A stretch of DNA of 64,000 bases, taken from the NCBI GenBank assembly GCA_964035545.1, contig OZ037765.1, positions 21,018,995-21,082,994 on the forward strand. The letters are read 5' to 3'. Shown here piece after piece: positions 14,543 through 26,100 of the stretch. Numbering within the stretch: position 1 is the stretch's first letter; each line of letters opens with the position of its first letter. The DNA is from Bugula neritina. Taxonomy: Eukaryota; Animalia; Bryozoa. A model generated the notes under the pieces. The model did not search any database. It was not told the DNA's origin and saw only the letters and a program-made list of their open reading frames with translations. The translations under genes were made by a program, and so were the position numbers.

Positions 14543-15574
14543 GTCTCCTAACAATTAGACAAAGAAATCGGACAGAATTGAAAATACACCAAGCTAGTTG
14601 AGCAAAAAATTTTAAGTAGCTTTACAATCCTGGTCTATTTATATTGCAAATTAACTGCATAGATAATCACTATAATATAATTCTTAAGTTTTAACCAGGG
14701 TGGTAAAATAAAGTGTCTACCATTATGACAATAACCTTTTGTAAAATTAGTCACACAGTATTATATTCAAATATAATAATTATATACACACACAGTCACC
14801 AGAAATACCTAGTTACAGCTAAGTAATCAGTAAGCTAGCTTTGTAAAATAGATATTACTGGTCATAGAAATTTTAGTCAACAAGACACATGGTAAACATC
14901 TTGACACTCAGTTAAGACAGTGCTTAGGTTTTCCCCTTAAATTGCTGTGTGTAGTTAGACTTTCTCTTAGTAACTCAGATGCTTAGCACAATCGTGTCAT
15001 AGTGTGTCTAGTTTTGCCTTGTTCACGTTAGCTTTATCCAAAAAGAAATACCCTCCAACTATGAGATTAGCCTTAACCTGTACTAGTTGACCTGCAGAGT
15101 TCATGCACCGTACTACTACTCAACCTTGGTAGCCAAGGCAGTTGAAGCTAGAAGTGAGAAAAATTTCATCTGTTTTTCTTTCAATCACTTTTAGTAAGCT
15201 GTACTTTTTGCAGTTACTCTGAATTGCAAAATCAAACTCTACATCTAAGAAAATGATTGCTTCCTGGACAAGTTGGATCAAGCGAGTTATCGTATGGCCA
15301 TGTCGACCTGTGCATTCAATCTTATTTCTAATTATTAGAAGTCTAGAACTAATAAATTAGAAATTCATTGCGCATTGATGAGCAGCCATAAATGACATGA
15401 ATTCCTAAAATTATATACATGTATGTTTATCCAACTCACTAGGTACCTTCCATACTTTATGAAAGTATCTCACAGATTGATCTTTAGACAAATGATTCCA
15501 TAGAATAAGAATCAAGTTCTATCAGCCAACATGCCATTTCCCCACTTAACTCTCACTTGCAGGAAGTCAAGTAT

Positions 15575-16260
15575 AACAATTTCTTTTTGAGTGCCCAGTT
15601 TTTCACACCTCTATCATCTTTCACTGTCTTGTAGCTCAACTCTTGACTGGGCTGCTCCTGACTGACTGCAGTCTGCTCCAGTTTATTTATCTACCCTAAC
15701 ATGTTCATCACGATACTCAGGACAGTTTTAAATGTTAATGGAAGTCTCCATGCTGGTTTGATTTTCCTCCTTTTTATGAGCTAGACAGTAAACTTTCACA
15801 ACTATGATGCAAGTACAAGCACTCACTTCCAGCTTCCATTGTAGTTTACTGTGGGTATATCTATGGCGAGTATGTGGTGTGAGAAAAGATGGTTATTGTG
15901 AGAAGCAATGGTTTCCACAGCTATGTTAATGCGTTGGTTTACTTTTATCTCTTTTCATGCCACGCTGAACAAACCGCTCTGTTTTCACGACATGCTCCAA
16001 CAGTGTAGTTGAATTACACTTTATAAAAAAGTGTTGGAAACAACTGCTACATTAAAGTCGTTTATTGCGTCTGATGCTCCCTCTTCAAGGAACCCTCTAA
16101 GGTAAGGCAGCTGGGCTTTTGACTCCCATTGGTTAGCTTCTGCTACATTTGTAAACTGCTGAATGTAGTACTCCACATCACATTTTCATAGAGCTGTGGA
16201 ACCTTGAAGACGTGAGTCACCTGTGGGGGCTGCTTCTCTCACTTTGCTAGTAGAGCTCTG
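15575..16260 (-). mobile_element. Degraded Gypsy gag relic including a CCHC zinc-knuckle remnant
   Basis: Minus-strand translation with frameshifts: VFKVPQLY..DVEYYIQQFTNVAEANQWESKAQLPYLRGFLEEGA...LLEHVVKTERFV...HHILAIDIPT..EAGSECL, then RCEKLG/HSKRNC near 15610-15575. Confidence 0.75.
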
Positions 16261-16744
16261 GGACCTGGACTAGCCAACCAGTTGGCATTACTTCGTTTTC
16301 TATGGAAACTCTGTTTTAACGATTGTGCTGGAATTAGCTCATCCTACTTCTGCCACTGATGTTTAGATTTTTGAATTTTACTTTTCTGCTACCGCTGAGA
16401 ACTTAATCCAATATTTATTTACACAGCTCAAGTAATCTGTTTAGTCTGCAATACTTCAGATAGATATTTTATTGTACTTAGAAGAGTTTTCAGTAAAAAC
16501 ATATCAGTAGAGTTTCAACTCAAACAAAATAAACAGCTTTATTTATAGGTCTTCTGTTTGTGAAGAGAAACAGGTGTAACACCTATTGCAAGTCAGTATC
16601 AATAGTTTAAAAAATTTAATTAATTATGAACAATCTAAATTTTGTTCACATTGTATTGTGCGTACACAAAAATAATTATATGATAACCATAATATTAAAG
16701 GCAGCACACAGAGTGGTAAAATAAATAAAGTGTTACATGATAAT

Positions 16745-18330
16745 TGTTTTGTGTTGATTTATGTTATTGTTTCAGATATCGTTAAAAAGAGTGAATGTGC
16801 TTAAGTTAGTTGATTAACGAAAGAGGCCGAAGTCGTGTTTTATTGCCAACAATATATAATACAATATAATACTAAAATTATTACAAGATAAGTGAAACAA
16901 TTGATATTATGATTATGCACAAAAATAGTGAATTAACATTACAAATGAATGTTTACATAAATACCAAACATCCGTTGCCGGGGAGCATCCATTTGACATT
17001 GTCGGCAGCTATCAATATTGTTTTTGATGTCATTGGTGATGCCAAGCCAAAACACTGTGTGACGGGCACGTCTAAGTGTGGAGTTAATCTCATTATGGCC
17101 TGTGTGAAGTAGTTGGAGAAACTTTCTCTGGAGTGCCTTTGGAATAATTGCTTTTAGCTTTTTGTAAACAATGCCATTGCCAATAGATAGTTCATCCTGA
17201 AAGTGTTTGTACCTGTCATAAGTTGTGCAGTTGGAAATGTTCCAGTCATGTTTAATAAGGTTTGTCAGTGTCGTAGGTTCATTGTCTTGTGCAGTAGCAG
17301 TCCTAATGTTATTAATCAAGTCATCACAAACAGGAGCATCATCATTTAGAGAGTCAATGTGGAAGATGTGTTCTGGTAGTTGTCGATAGTTGGGAGAGTC
17401 AAAGTATGAGTCTCTTGAGAGTAAGTCGGCTGTGATTTGTTCGGCACCCTTTTGCCAAGTTACCTTAATGTTAGGGTATCTTTGTAAGTGAAGAAGCATA
17501 GCCTGCAACCTCCGAGATGCTTTATGAATGAATTTTTTAAAAAAAGATACAAAGGGTTTGTGGTCAGTTTGGATAGTGACAGCATGGTGGCCAAAGATAT
17601 ACTGGTCAAAGCGATCGGTGCCAAACACTATGGCAAGGCACCCGAGCTCTACTGGTACATAATTCTGTTCTGATTTTGTTAAACTGCGAGATGCATATGC
17701 TACAGGCTTGCCTCCTTGCATGAGTGTTGCACCCACACCAGCATTTCAAGCGTCAGTTTGTATAGTAACTAGCTTGTTGCAGCCAAAGTATTATAGAGTT
17801 TCCGAGTCAGTTAGTAAGGTCTTCAGTCTATTGAAGGCGTTCATTTGGTCGTCAGTTCAGTTGAAAGAGTCGTATATTTGGTTGCCTCAGCGGCCGATAG
17901 TTCTTAGTAGGTATGCAGTTTTCATTTTGCCTTCGGCTGTATCTTTCGATGTGACAGTTAAAAAACGTTCAAAGTCACGTTTAAAAGTCTCCCACTCTTC
18001 AGGTAGATTCGGTCCATCTGCTAATGGTTTTGGCGCTAGTAATTGCTCCATGTTGTTCCAGTGTCTTTTTGATAATAATTAGACTCAGGGCACCATGTTT
18101 TGTGTTAATTTATGTTATTGTTTCAGAAATCGTTAAAGTGAACGTTCTCAAGTTAGTAGATTAATGGAACAGGTTGAAGCCGTGTTTTATTGCTACAATA
18201 TATAATACAATATAATACTAAAATTATTACAAGATAAGTGAAACAATTGATATTATTATTATGATTATGCACAAAAATAGTAAATTACTAAAATAACATT
18301 ACAAATAAATGTTTACATAAATATCGAATA
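16745..18330 (-). mobile_element. Internally deleted Ty3/Gypsy LTR retrotransposon: 5' LTR 18330-18096, PBS 18095-18083, gag-RNaseH-integrase zinc-finger frame 18051-16971, 3' LTR 16970-16745
   Basis: Direct repeats of about 226 and 235 bp; the 3' copy has TG...CA ends with a terminal inverted repeat. PBS TGGTGCCCTGAGT directly follows the 5' LTR. Imperfect 5-bp TSD ATAAT/ATACT. RNase H motifs TDA..GVGATLMQ..PVAYASRSLTKSEQNY, TDHKP and ADLLSR; integrase H-x2-H...C-x2-C (HTGH...CRQC). Confidence 0.93.
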
Positions 18331-18989
18331 ATACTAATAGAGGCAACTATTATTAATATTATTTAAGGTTAAAAATAAATGTAATCACTGCAATACTCAA
18401 TCTTACTGTGTTTGTTACATAAGCCTATGGCTAAGGCCAAGCTAAGCATTTGAAAACAGCTCCAAATACATGAGATAGTGATACTCATACTGATAGTGAT
18501 AGCATATCACACACTCAAAAAATGTTTTAGGTAAACCTAAACTTAATTCCTTAAGCTTAATAATAATTGCTTTTTATGACTTAGTGTTATGAGCTAATGT
18601 TATGATTATCCTTAAGTTTAACAATGATAGTCATAAGTTTTAGTTCAACTTTAAATCTAAAATCAAGTCATTCTCATTCTGATTCTCATTCTGGTGATGA
18701 CATAATGATAATGATAATCATAATCATAATGATAATCATAATGATATTGAATTCGATAAAGATCATCAAACATGAAACATAATTAATAACTATTATTCAA
18801 TAGTTATCATTATGGGTCATTATAATTTATAACTATGTCTATTCTTATTGCAGCCTGGATAAATTGAGTTTGAATAGTTGTCTTTGTCAACTAATACTAT
18901 TACTGTGGACTAAGAAGTTGAAAGATTTTAAAAGTAGAAAGAATTTAACGCGATCAGTTGAAAACCTGGAAAATCCCAGGTATCTCAAC

Positions 18990-19330
18990 CTACGGTTCAG
19001 CGTTCCGCACGCTATCAATCAATTGTTCTAACTACTAGTATATCTAATCACTGCTAAAATCCAATGTAGTTTAGTGGCTTTGCTCTCCAGCATCCGCCTA
19101 CGTCACATGACACATACAGCCTACCCATAATACCCAACTATGATAAGAAACATCCTGAGATACTTAATATTATTATAAAATTCGAAGGGATTTTGTATCT
19201 ATTCCATCAGGGCTTTTTAACGCTTCTAGTAAAGTAAAGAAAAGCATTGTTTTTTAAAATAAACTTTTGTTTATTTTTTTCATACATATTTTACTGAATT
19301 AAAATCTTTTGCTTCCAAAAACCAGGTTCA
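18990..19330. promoter_or_regulatory. Probable bidirectional promoter region shared by ACSM (-) and pumilio (+)
   Basis: Lies between the divergent genes and is locally CpG-containing. Overlapping ACGTCA (CRE half-site) and GTCACATGAC (USF/MiT-type E-box) at 19100-19111. Candidate minus-strand donor for an ACSM 5' UTR exon near 18993. TSS positions are inferred, not observed. Confidence 0.45.
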
Positions 19331-22300
19331 TATTTGTATTTTAGGACTAAGCTGTAGGTCTACTGCATCCGGTTATATCCTATCCCTCTTATCAATCAGA
19401 AATCATTCTTATTATAATTGTATTCCACCATTTTTTTGTGTATTTTATTTTTAAGTTAAGTAGGTAATTACCCTGTCAAATTTTCAAATCTAAAACCCTC
19501 GGCAATTTAAATGGTTCATACTACATTTTTAAGTCGGGGTATCAGTACGAGTATGACTCTGAGTCCAAAAGTTTAAGTAAAAAAGAAATTTTTTTGGCAT
19601 TTACTTATAGTTATAGTTATTATTACATTTATTATAAGAATAAGTTTAAATTTATGGATTAAACTTGAAAAACATTATGATAATAATTATATAAATACAA
19701 GTGACTGTTAAGATTCTTATCATTATGATTATGCATAAAATAAACTTGGCAATCAATTTAGTTTTAGTTTTACTTTTAGTTTTCACTTCAATGATTATAA
19801 ATATAAGTATTACTACTATAACTGCTGCTAGAAACAGCTGTAAATCTTATCTTAAAATGTTCACAGTTCGCTCGTTAGATTTAAATTTAACTTACTTACT
19901 TAGAGTTAATGTTACTTACACTTTGACTTACAGTTAGTGGTACTGTTAGTATTACTTGGTCCTGTAGTATTATCATTATGATTATCATTATGACTTATGT
20001 ATCAAGTGAGACTAATACTAATCGTACGATTACTAGGCCTAGCACGGACTTAATTGGTGAAATATTGTTATGATGGTTATCATGATCATGATGATTGTCT
20101 AGTCCCTCTAAATTTTTCTCTGCTTACAATTCTTATTCATTCTGCTAGTAGTAGTACTAAATCTACTGTGTTGTTACTTTAAAATTAATGCTAAGCAATA
20201 AATCAGCCATATATGTCATTTTAGTTTAACTAGTAGTACTAGTAGTACCCTTAAACATAGGTAATACTAGTAGTAGTAGTAATAATAATGCCTAAGGCTA
20301 ATGCCAATGGTATGTATTATCTTATTCTTTGGCCAATCCATAATCAAATTTCTATTAGAATGAATTCGTAATTCCAGATCAAGTGTACTCCAAGTTCATC
20401 ACACTTTGCAGTAACAATACCTCAGTTTAAATTGATTAATCATAATGATAATCATACGATATTGATTGTGAGTTGGTTAAACTTAATATTCATTTATTCA
20501 TTTAATATGAAAAATAAAAATCATCTGCTGTCAGTGCCGCAGAAGTTTAGCCTCAAATTGAAGTTCAGCAATTGTGAGAATTCAGCTATAACACAGGAAA
20601 AAGGTTCATCATCATCATGAGTTTTATCACTAATCAATGCTTTTACAATTTAGTCTGAAGTTAGGTGATGGTTCATATTTAATTACAGGTGTTTGAGACT
20701 GCTGTTAGTGTTATTAGGCATTATCATTTTTTTTCTAGCCGCGCTGATAATTATTTGGTTTCACCTTTCAATGATTCAATAATAGATCGACAGTTCTAAA
20801 CTAAATTTCACGTTGTGTCTAGGAAACACCAATGGCTCAATGGGTAAAGATGTTGGTCTTATCTAACATATTTTAAGTAGGTCAAATATTTATAAAGATT
20901 TATGTTGTTTACTAAAACCTCTGTCAACAAATAACAAAATATGTCATTAATTAGTTTAATGGAAAGAGAATCAAAATATGTTCAGATGATTTTTATGTTT
21001 CAGAAATGTAAAAATGGAGCCCTAATAAAATATTGTATTAATGCACGTGTTCAACTAGGTAAGCCCATTTTATCAACAATTTATGGGCATGTAATGTAGA
21101 TGGACAACCATAGATTTTGAATTTAAATGCTTAGTCGTGTTTTAAATTTGGATAGCAGATTATTTGTTGTAATATCTCAAGTAGTTGCAAAGAAGCTCTA
21201 ATTGTTCTAAAGTACGTGAAAGGTCTCATTTCGGCCACAACCATTAGCACAGCATCTACCCAAACTACAGATTGTGTTAGGTTGAGGAATCAAACTGTAA
21301 TATAGTCGTTAGTAGTATCAAGACAAGCACTCACTTGAAACTGCTCCTGAATTTTATCAAAAAGGCCTCAAACCATGTCCTAGCATACTTTCATGCAGGT
21401 TTATAACCTAACCTATACCTTATTGCCTTTCGCCTATAAATAGACACAAGTTCTTTTTCAAGTTACACTGCAACTGGTTTTAGTAATACATGAACATTGT
21501 TAAGCTGTAGCAAGTTTCAGGTTTATTATGTGTTTTCAGTGACCATAAATGAATGCATTTTTATAGTGTTATATAGTGAGCCAGATGCTCTGAGCAATTG
21601 TAGTTTCAAACATCACAATTTAGGGTTGTATCATTGTAAACATAAATTCCAGTTTTTCAGAGTAATCCCCTTTCAACTTTCATTTGCAATCAGTAGTTGG
21701 CTACTTGCAAAATTTAGAATAGATCATGACCCTAATATTAGTGTTTAGTTGACTGGGTAAAATAAAATATCAGTGAGGTTTATGATAAATATTAACGTCT
21801 ATGATAATATATATTGAGCAAAACTGATTTAATTATTTGCTATCGCCACAGCTAGACTTTATCAAAAATCAATTTCAAAGAGTGGTGTGAATTTTCCTTC
21901 AACTTAGCTGCTTAGTAAGCTCTACCCACGCCTTGTGAAAAAGATATTAAATATTTGAACATAACTGGACAACTAATAGATAAAATTTTGTGTTCGCAGT
22001 TTTAGAAACGATGTTGCATATTAGAAAAAAAGGTAACAGCAGGCTGTTCAAGTACGGGCTGATTACTATCATGTTCTTAAATTAGGCTATCAACCATATA
22101 GTGCCATGTCTTTTAGTAGTATGATTAAATATTCTGTGCAATTACACCGATGTCTATCAGAGTATTATTGAGTTTAACATTAATTACTATTCTGAATGTA
22201 TCATTTCAAAATATTGGGTTGAAGTCCAAAAAATCCGAGACCTCAGTTTATAATGTCTTGGGCACCTTTGGTCCTGTGCAGGTAGCGGGTTTATAGTAAC

Positions 22301-22515
22301 TTATTTATGCTAAATTAATTTCTATAATGCCAATGCAATAAAAATAAAAAATGGGCGACAATTAATGTCAGATGCTACCCATTAGCTAAATACTATAATA
22401 CCTTGATTACCTGATGGTTGGTTTTGTATATCCTAATTTTTGCCTGCTATACACTTGACGTATCTTATCTTTTGAATATTTTGATTTTGTGAAAAAATTA
22501 GTATTGGTTGTTTAA

Positions 22516-22897
22516 AGGCCTGGCCTCACGCTCGTGAGAATCGCACGAAACTCGTGTGATGATTTTCGTGAGTTATCCTCTCGTTATGACCAGCCACACA
22601 CTCGTTGGACAAAATACATTATAAATAGTCCGTGAATGAGTCTTGCACGAAATATAAACAGCAGAAAATTTCTAAACAGAGAAACGTGGTAGAAATAAAA
22701 TAATTACTGTTGCTAAAATTCTATTGACCAATCAAATGGTGCTTATCGTTGATTGTGATTTTTGGCCCATCGTCATCGTTGTGTACCCTCAACGAAGATG
22801 ATTTCGTTTGAATTCCCTCAAATTTTTGTCGTACGATTGTTTTTTCCTGTCAAATAGACGAATTCCGTGTGATTCTGACGATCGTGAGGCCAGGCCT
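22516..22897. mobile_element. MITE with about 40-bp TIRs and TTAA (or TA) target-site duplication, just upstream of the first pumilio coding exon
   Basis: TTAA-AGGCCTGGCCTCACGCTCGTGAGAATCGCACGAAACTCGT ... ACGAATTCCGTGTGATTCTGACGATCGTGAGGCCAGGCCT-TTAA. Confidence 0.9.
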
Positions 22898-23109
22898 TTA
22901 AGCCCATTATAGATCAAGTGGTTTTAGTCTAATTCCATTTCCCTGTTGACTTTAAATTTATGTGCAAGAATTTCTGGTAAAATAACTTAAGTTTTATTAT
23001 AATCTGCACTGGTATGTCACTATGGCTAGTTGTATAGTATTCCAAGTAGGCTTTCGTATTTTGAAGGGTATAAATTTTGCTGCATACCAAGGAAAGCCAA
23101 AATGAGTGA

Positions 23110-26100
23110 ATGAGAGGATCACCACTTACATTAGACTCCCAAAACATGAGTCGTAGTGCATGGGAGAGTCCACAGCACATGGGAGATGATCTTGATGGTC
23201 TAGCATTTAATGCAACCTCTAGACAATCTAATGTCAACATAAGCAGGTCACAAGATGATGCCACTGTTAGCTATCACTTTCAGCGGCCTCAGAGTGAAAA
23301 TGACCTTCAATCATTTGCTGGTGGGAAAAGATGGCCGATTGGAGATGATACTTTAGTGGAACAGGTATAGCTGCTGTCGTGTGTTATCTTCTATGCTAAT
23401 CTAAAATAGATAATTCTCGTCAGTTCTAAATTTCATAGTCTGACTAGCCCTTTTGTGCCTTTCAATCATATTTTCTGTGGCTTCTTTACCTTTGCTTCAA
23501 ATATTTTGTTATTTTTTTTGTAATTAGGAAACCTGCCTTCTACAGTTGATTCCTATTCTTTAACATCAAAGCTATAGATATTTTTCTTCGATATCAAATG
23601 CCACCTTCTTACGATCATATTTTAATTTTGTAGGCTAAAAGTGTCAGTGATTTGGAAAGGGAGTTCAACAACATCAATCTTGGAAGTGATGTATGTAGGA
23701 TATGCATTATTAAATTGTCTTCACGTGAATTTATTATTCATAGTGTCTGCTATGTACAACATATTGTTGTTCAGATGTGCTACATATTTAATATTGAAAA
23801 TATTAAGTGAAGTTTTCTTTTTGTTCTTCCTGATGTCAAAAATGTGTTCGTGCATTGTAGAAAAAATTCTAGCTATTCATTTTTCTATTTTCTAGTTATA
23901 TTAGGAATTGTTTAAATCACGATGCTCATATTTCTTTATGGTTGTTAGTAAATTATTATGCCAAGTGACTTACAATATAAATGGAATCAGTGTAATTTTT
24001 ACACGTTTCTCTTTGCTTTGGATTATTTCACCTAACCACTGTATTCTGAAAGAAAAGTCCTGTGCATTGCAAGCAAATATTATTTACATAGACAACAAAG
24101 TTGTGTATAACAGGGACTTTTTTTTATCATTATGCATGTCCATAATCAGAATCATGCAGGCCTAACTACAAAATGACTTAACAATGCAGGTACGCAAGTC
24201 TAGCTTATTACAATGTTATATTATGGTTCTCAGTATGATCTTGTATTGAAAAACAAATTGGATTTCTAATCATATATTTGTCTCACAAGCTAATGCTAAG
24301 ACTGTTCTGTGTCTCTCCATCTGCTTCACCTTAGCACACACTAGTCACTGGACTTTCTAATTTGTTATCAAAATCATGTCCCATAAATGCTTTCATAACT
24401 GGGTCAGTATCACAAGCCCATAGACATTGTGAACACAACTTCATGGTTTTAGCCATATAATAAGAAAATCTGTGCTTTTAGTCAGTGATTGTTGTACGGT
24501 CATATCTCTTGTTTTTATATAGAGCATAGAAACACCGTTTGTTTATTTTCCATTTAAATTCTGGTTTGTATAGTCTTCTGCACCCTTGGTCAGCCGTGTA
24601 AAGCTGTTCTTTTGTTACTTGGTAGAAATATAAACATCTCATGCTCTTAGTCCATTAGTTATAACAAGGGTTTTAACATTCTGTTACCCAATATGTTAGT
24701 GGCTAGCGTTTCTGTTAACTGGCTGTGGGTGCTTTCTAAAATACAGTTGATTCTGCCATGCATAAATAGGCCTCCACAATCAGTAGGCAGTCATTCATTC
24801 GTTTGTTGGCCTTCAATAGCCAAGCACACAAGCTAAGCTTGATCAATATTCAAATTATACAAACAATATCAGCTGTGTTATCAAGTGCCAGCACACAATT
24901 ACTTAGTGTACATGTAGTGTACATTTAGGCTCATTTCTAATCTGACTATGACCGTAACCGGATGGGATATTTTCCAGTTCTCAACTAAGAAGTTTTGGGA
25001 AGTTGATGATGGACATATATCAGATGGGAAAGGGGCTATGTTCAGTGCTAGCAGCCCGTGGAGTCCCAGACACAGCACATGGAGTTCACCAACAACTGGT
25101 AAGCGTTCTACGCTATGATCATGATGAAGGTAGACTTTAATTTATTTAGTGACTATTTTCTGAGGTACGACAAAGGCTAAAACAGTTAGAAAATGGCGTA
25201 ATGGAATGTTGTAGATCACACTGTGCCACAGGCTCTACCTCTGTCACCTGGTAGACACAACGCCTATCCAAATGTTCTCGGCTCAGATATGGTTGATTAT
25301 GTTCTTGGCGATCCACTTGGCAAGACCATGTCCAGTTTACGAATCAAACATGACTTTGTGAGTAAACCTCAACCCTGTCAGTGTGAATGAAGTGTCGAGT
25401 TACAGTGTAGTCCTAGTGCTTGGCTCTGCATTGAAACTGCTTACTAGTTTCATGCTCTAATTTGCAGAGTCATGTTGATGGTTTATTTCCTTTGGTATGT
25501 CAATCAATTGTATTACTCTTGGATAGCTGCTCATTAGCTTTTCTAGTGCTGCCATAGTTTATTATAACTGTCAGATCCCAATGTTGGCCCCTAATTGTTA
25601 TATTTAATGCAATATCCCCTGTGTATTTATTCCCTACTTGTACATCTATCAACTATTATATGATAATACTGGAGTGAATAAACTATTACCTTGAAAGGTA
25701 TGCTATGGGAGGATTTGTATTGCATTAAAAGTTTTTGACTGCTTTAGCTATGTCCGTTATGTTTAGGAAAGCTTGACTATTTCTTCTTCCTTTAGACTGT
25801 TCAGTTGTATATACACACATAGGAGGCTAATTGTTTTCTAGAAAGCTTGGTGCGAGCAAAGTACTAGCCTATGTCTTTGTTTTTCATTATTTCATTTTGT
25901 TTAGCCAATTCGGTGGATTAGTCTAAGACCTTGTGTTGGCAACAGTTACAGTCTGGTCACTCTTAGTTACTGGTTTGTCTATCATTACAGAGTCATGATC
26001 CAGAAAGTGATAGCATAAAATCAGCTATTCCCAAAAGTAGTAAGACTTCATCACCCTTTGAGCCTATAGAAAACAACAATAAGAGTGGAGATAGTCAATC

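Noticed and set aside
20830-20890. tRNA-like TGGCTCAATGGGTAAAG...GGTCAAAT
   Set aside because: No cloverleaf pairing; at most an old SINE fragment, not a tRNA gene.
25121-25163. ATGATGA...CTGA pair in a pumilio intron resembling C/D snoRNA boxes
   Set aside because: Only 43 nt from C to D box with no terminal stem; too short for a canonical snoRNA.
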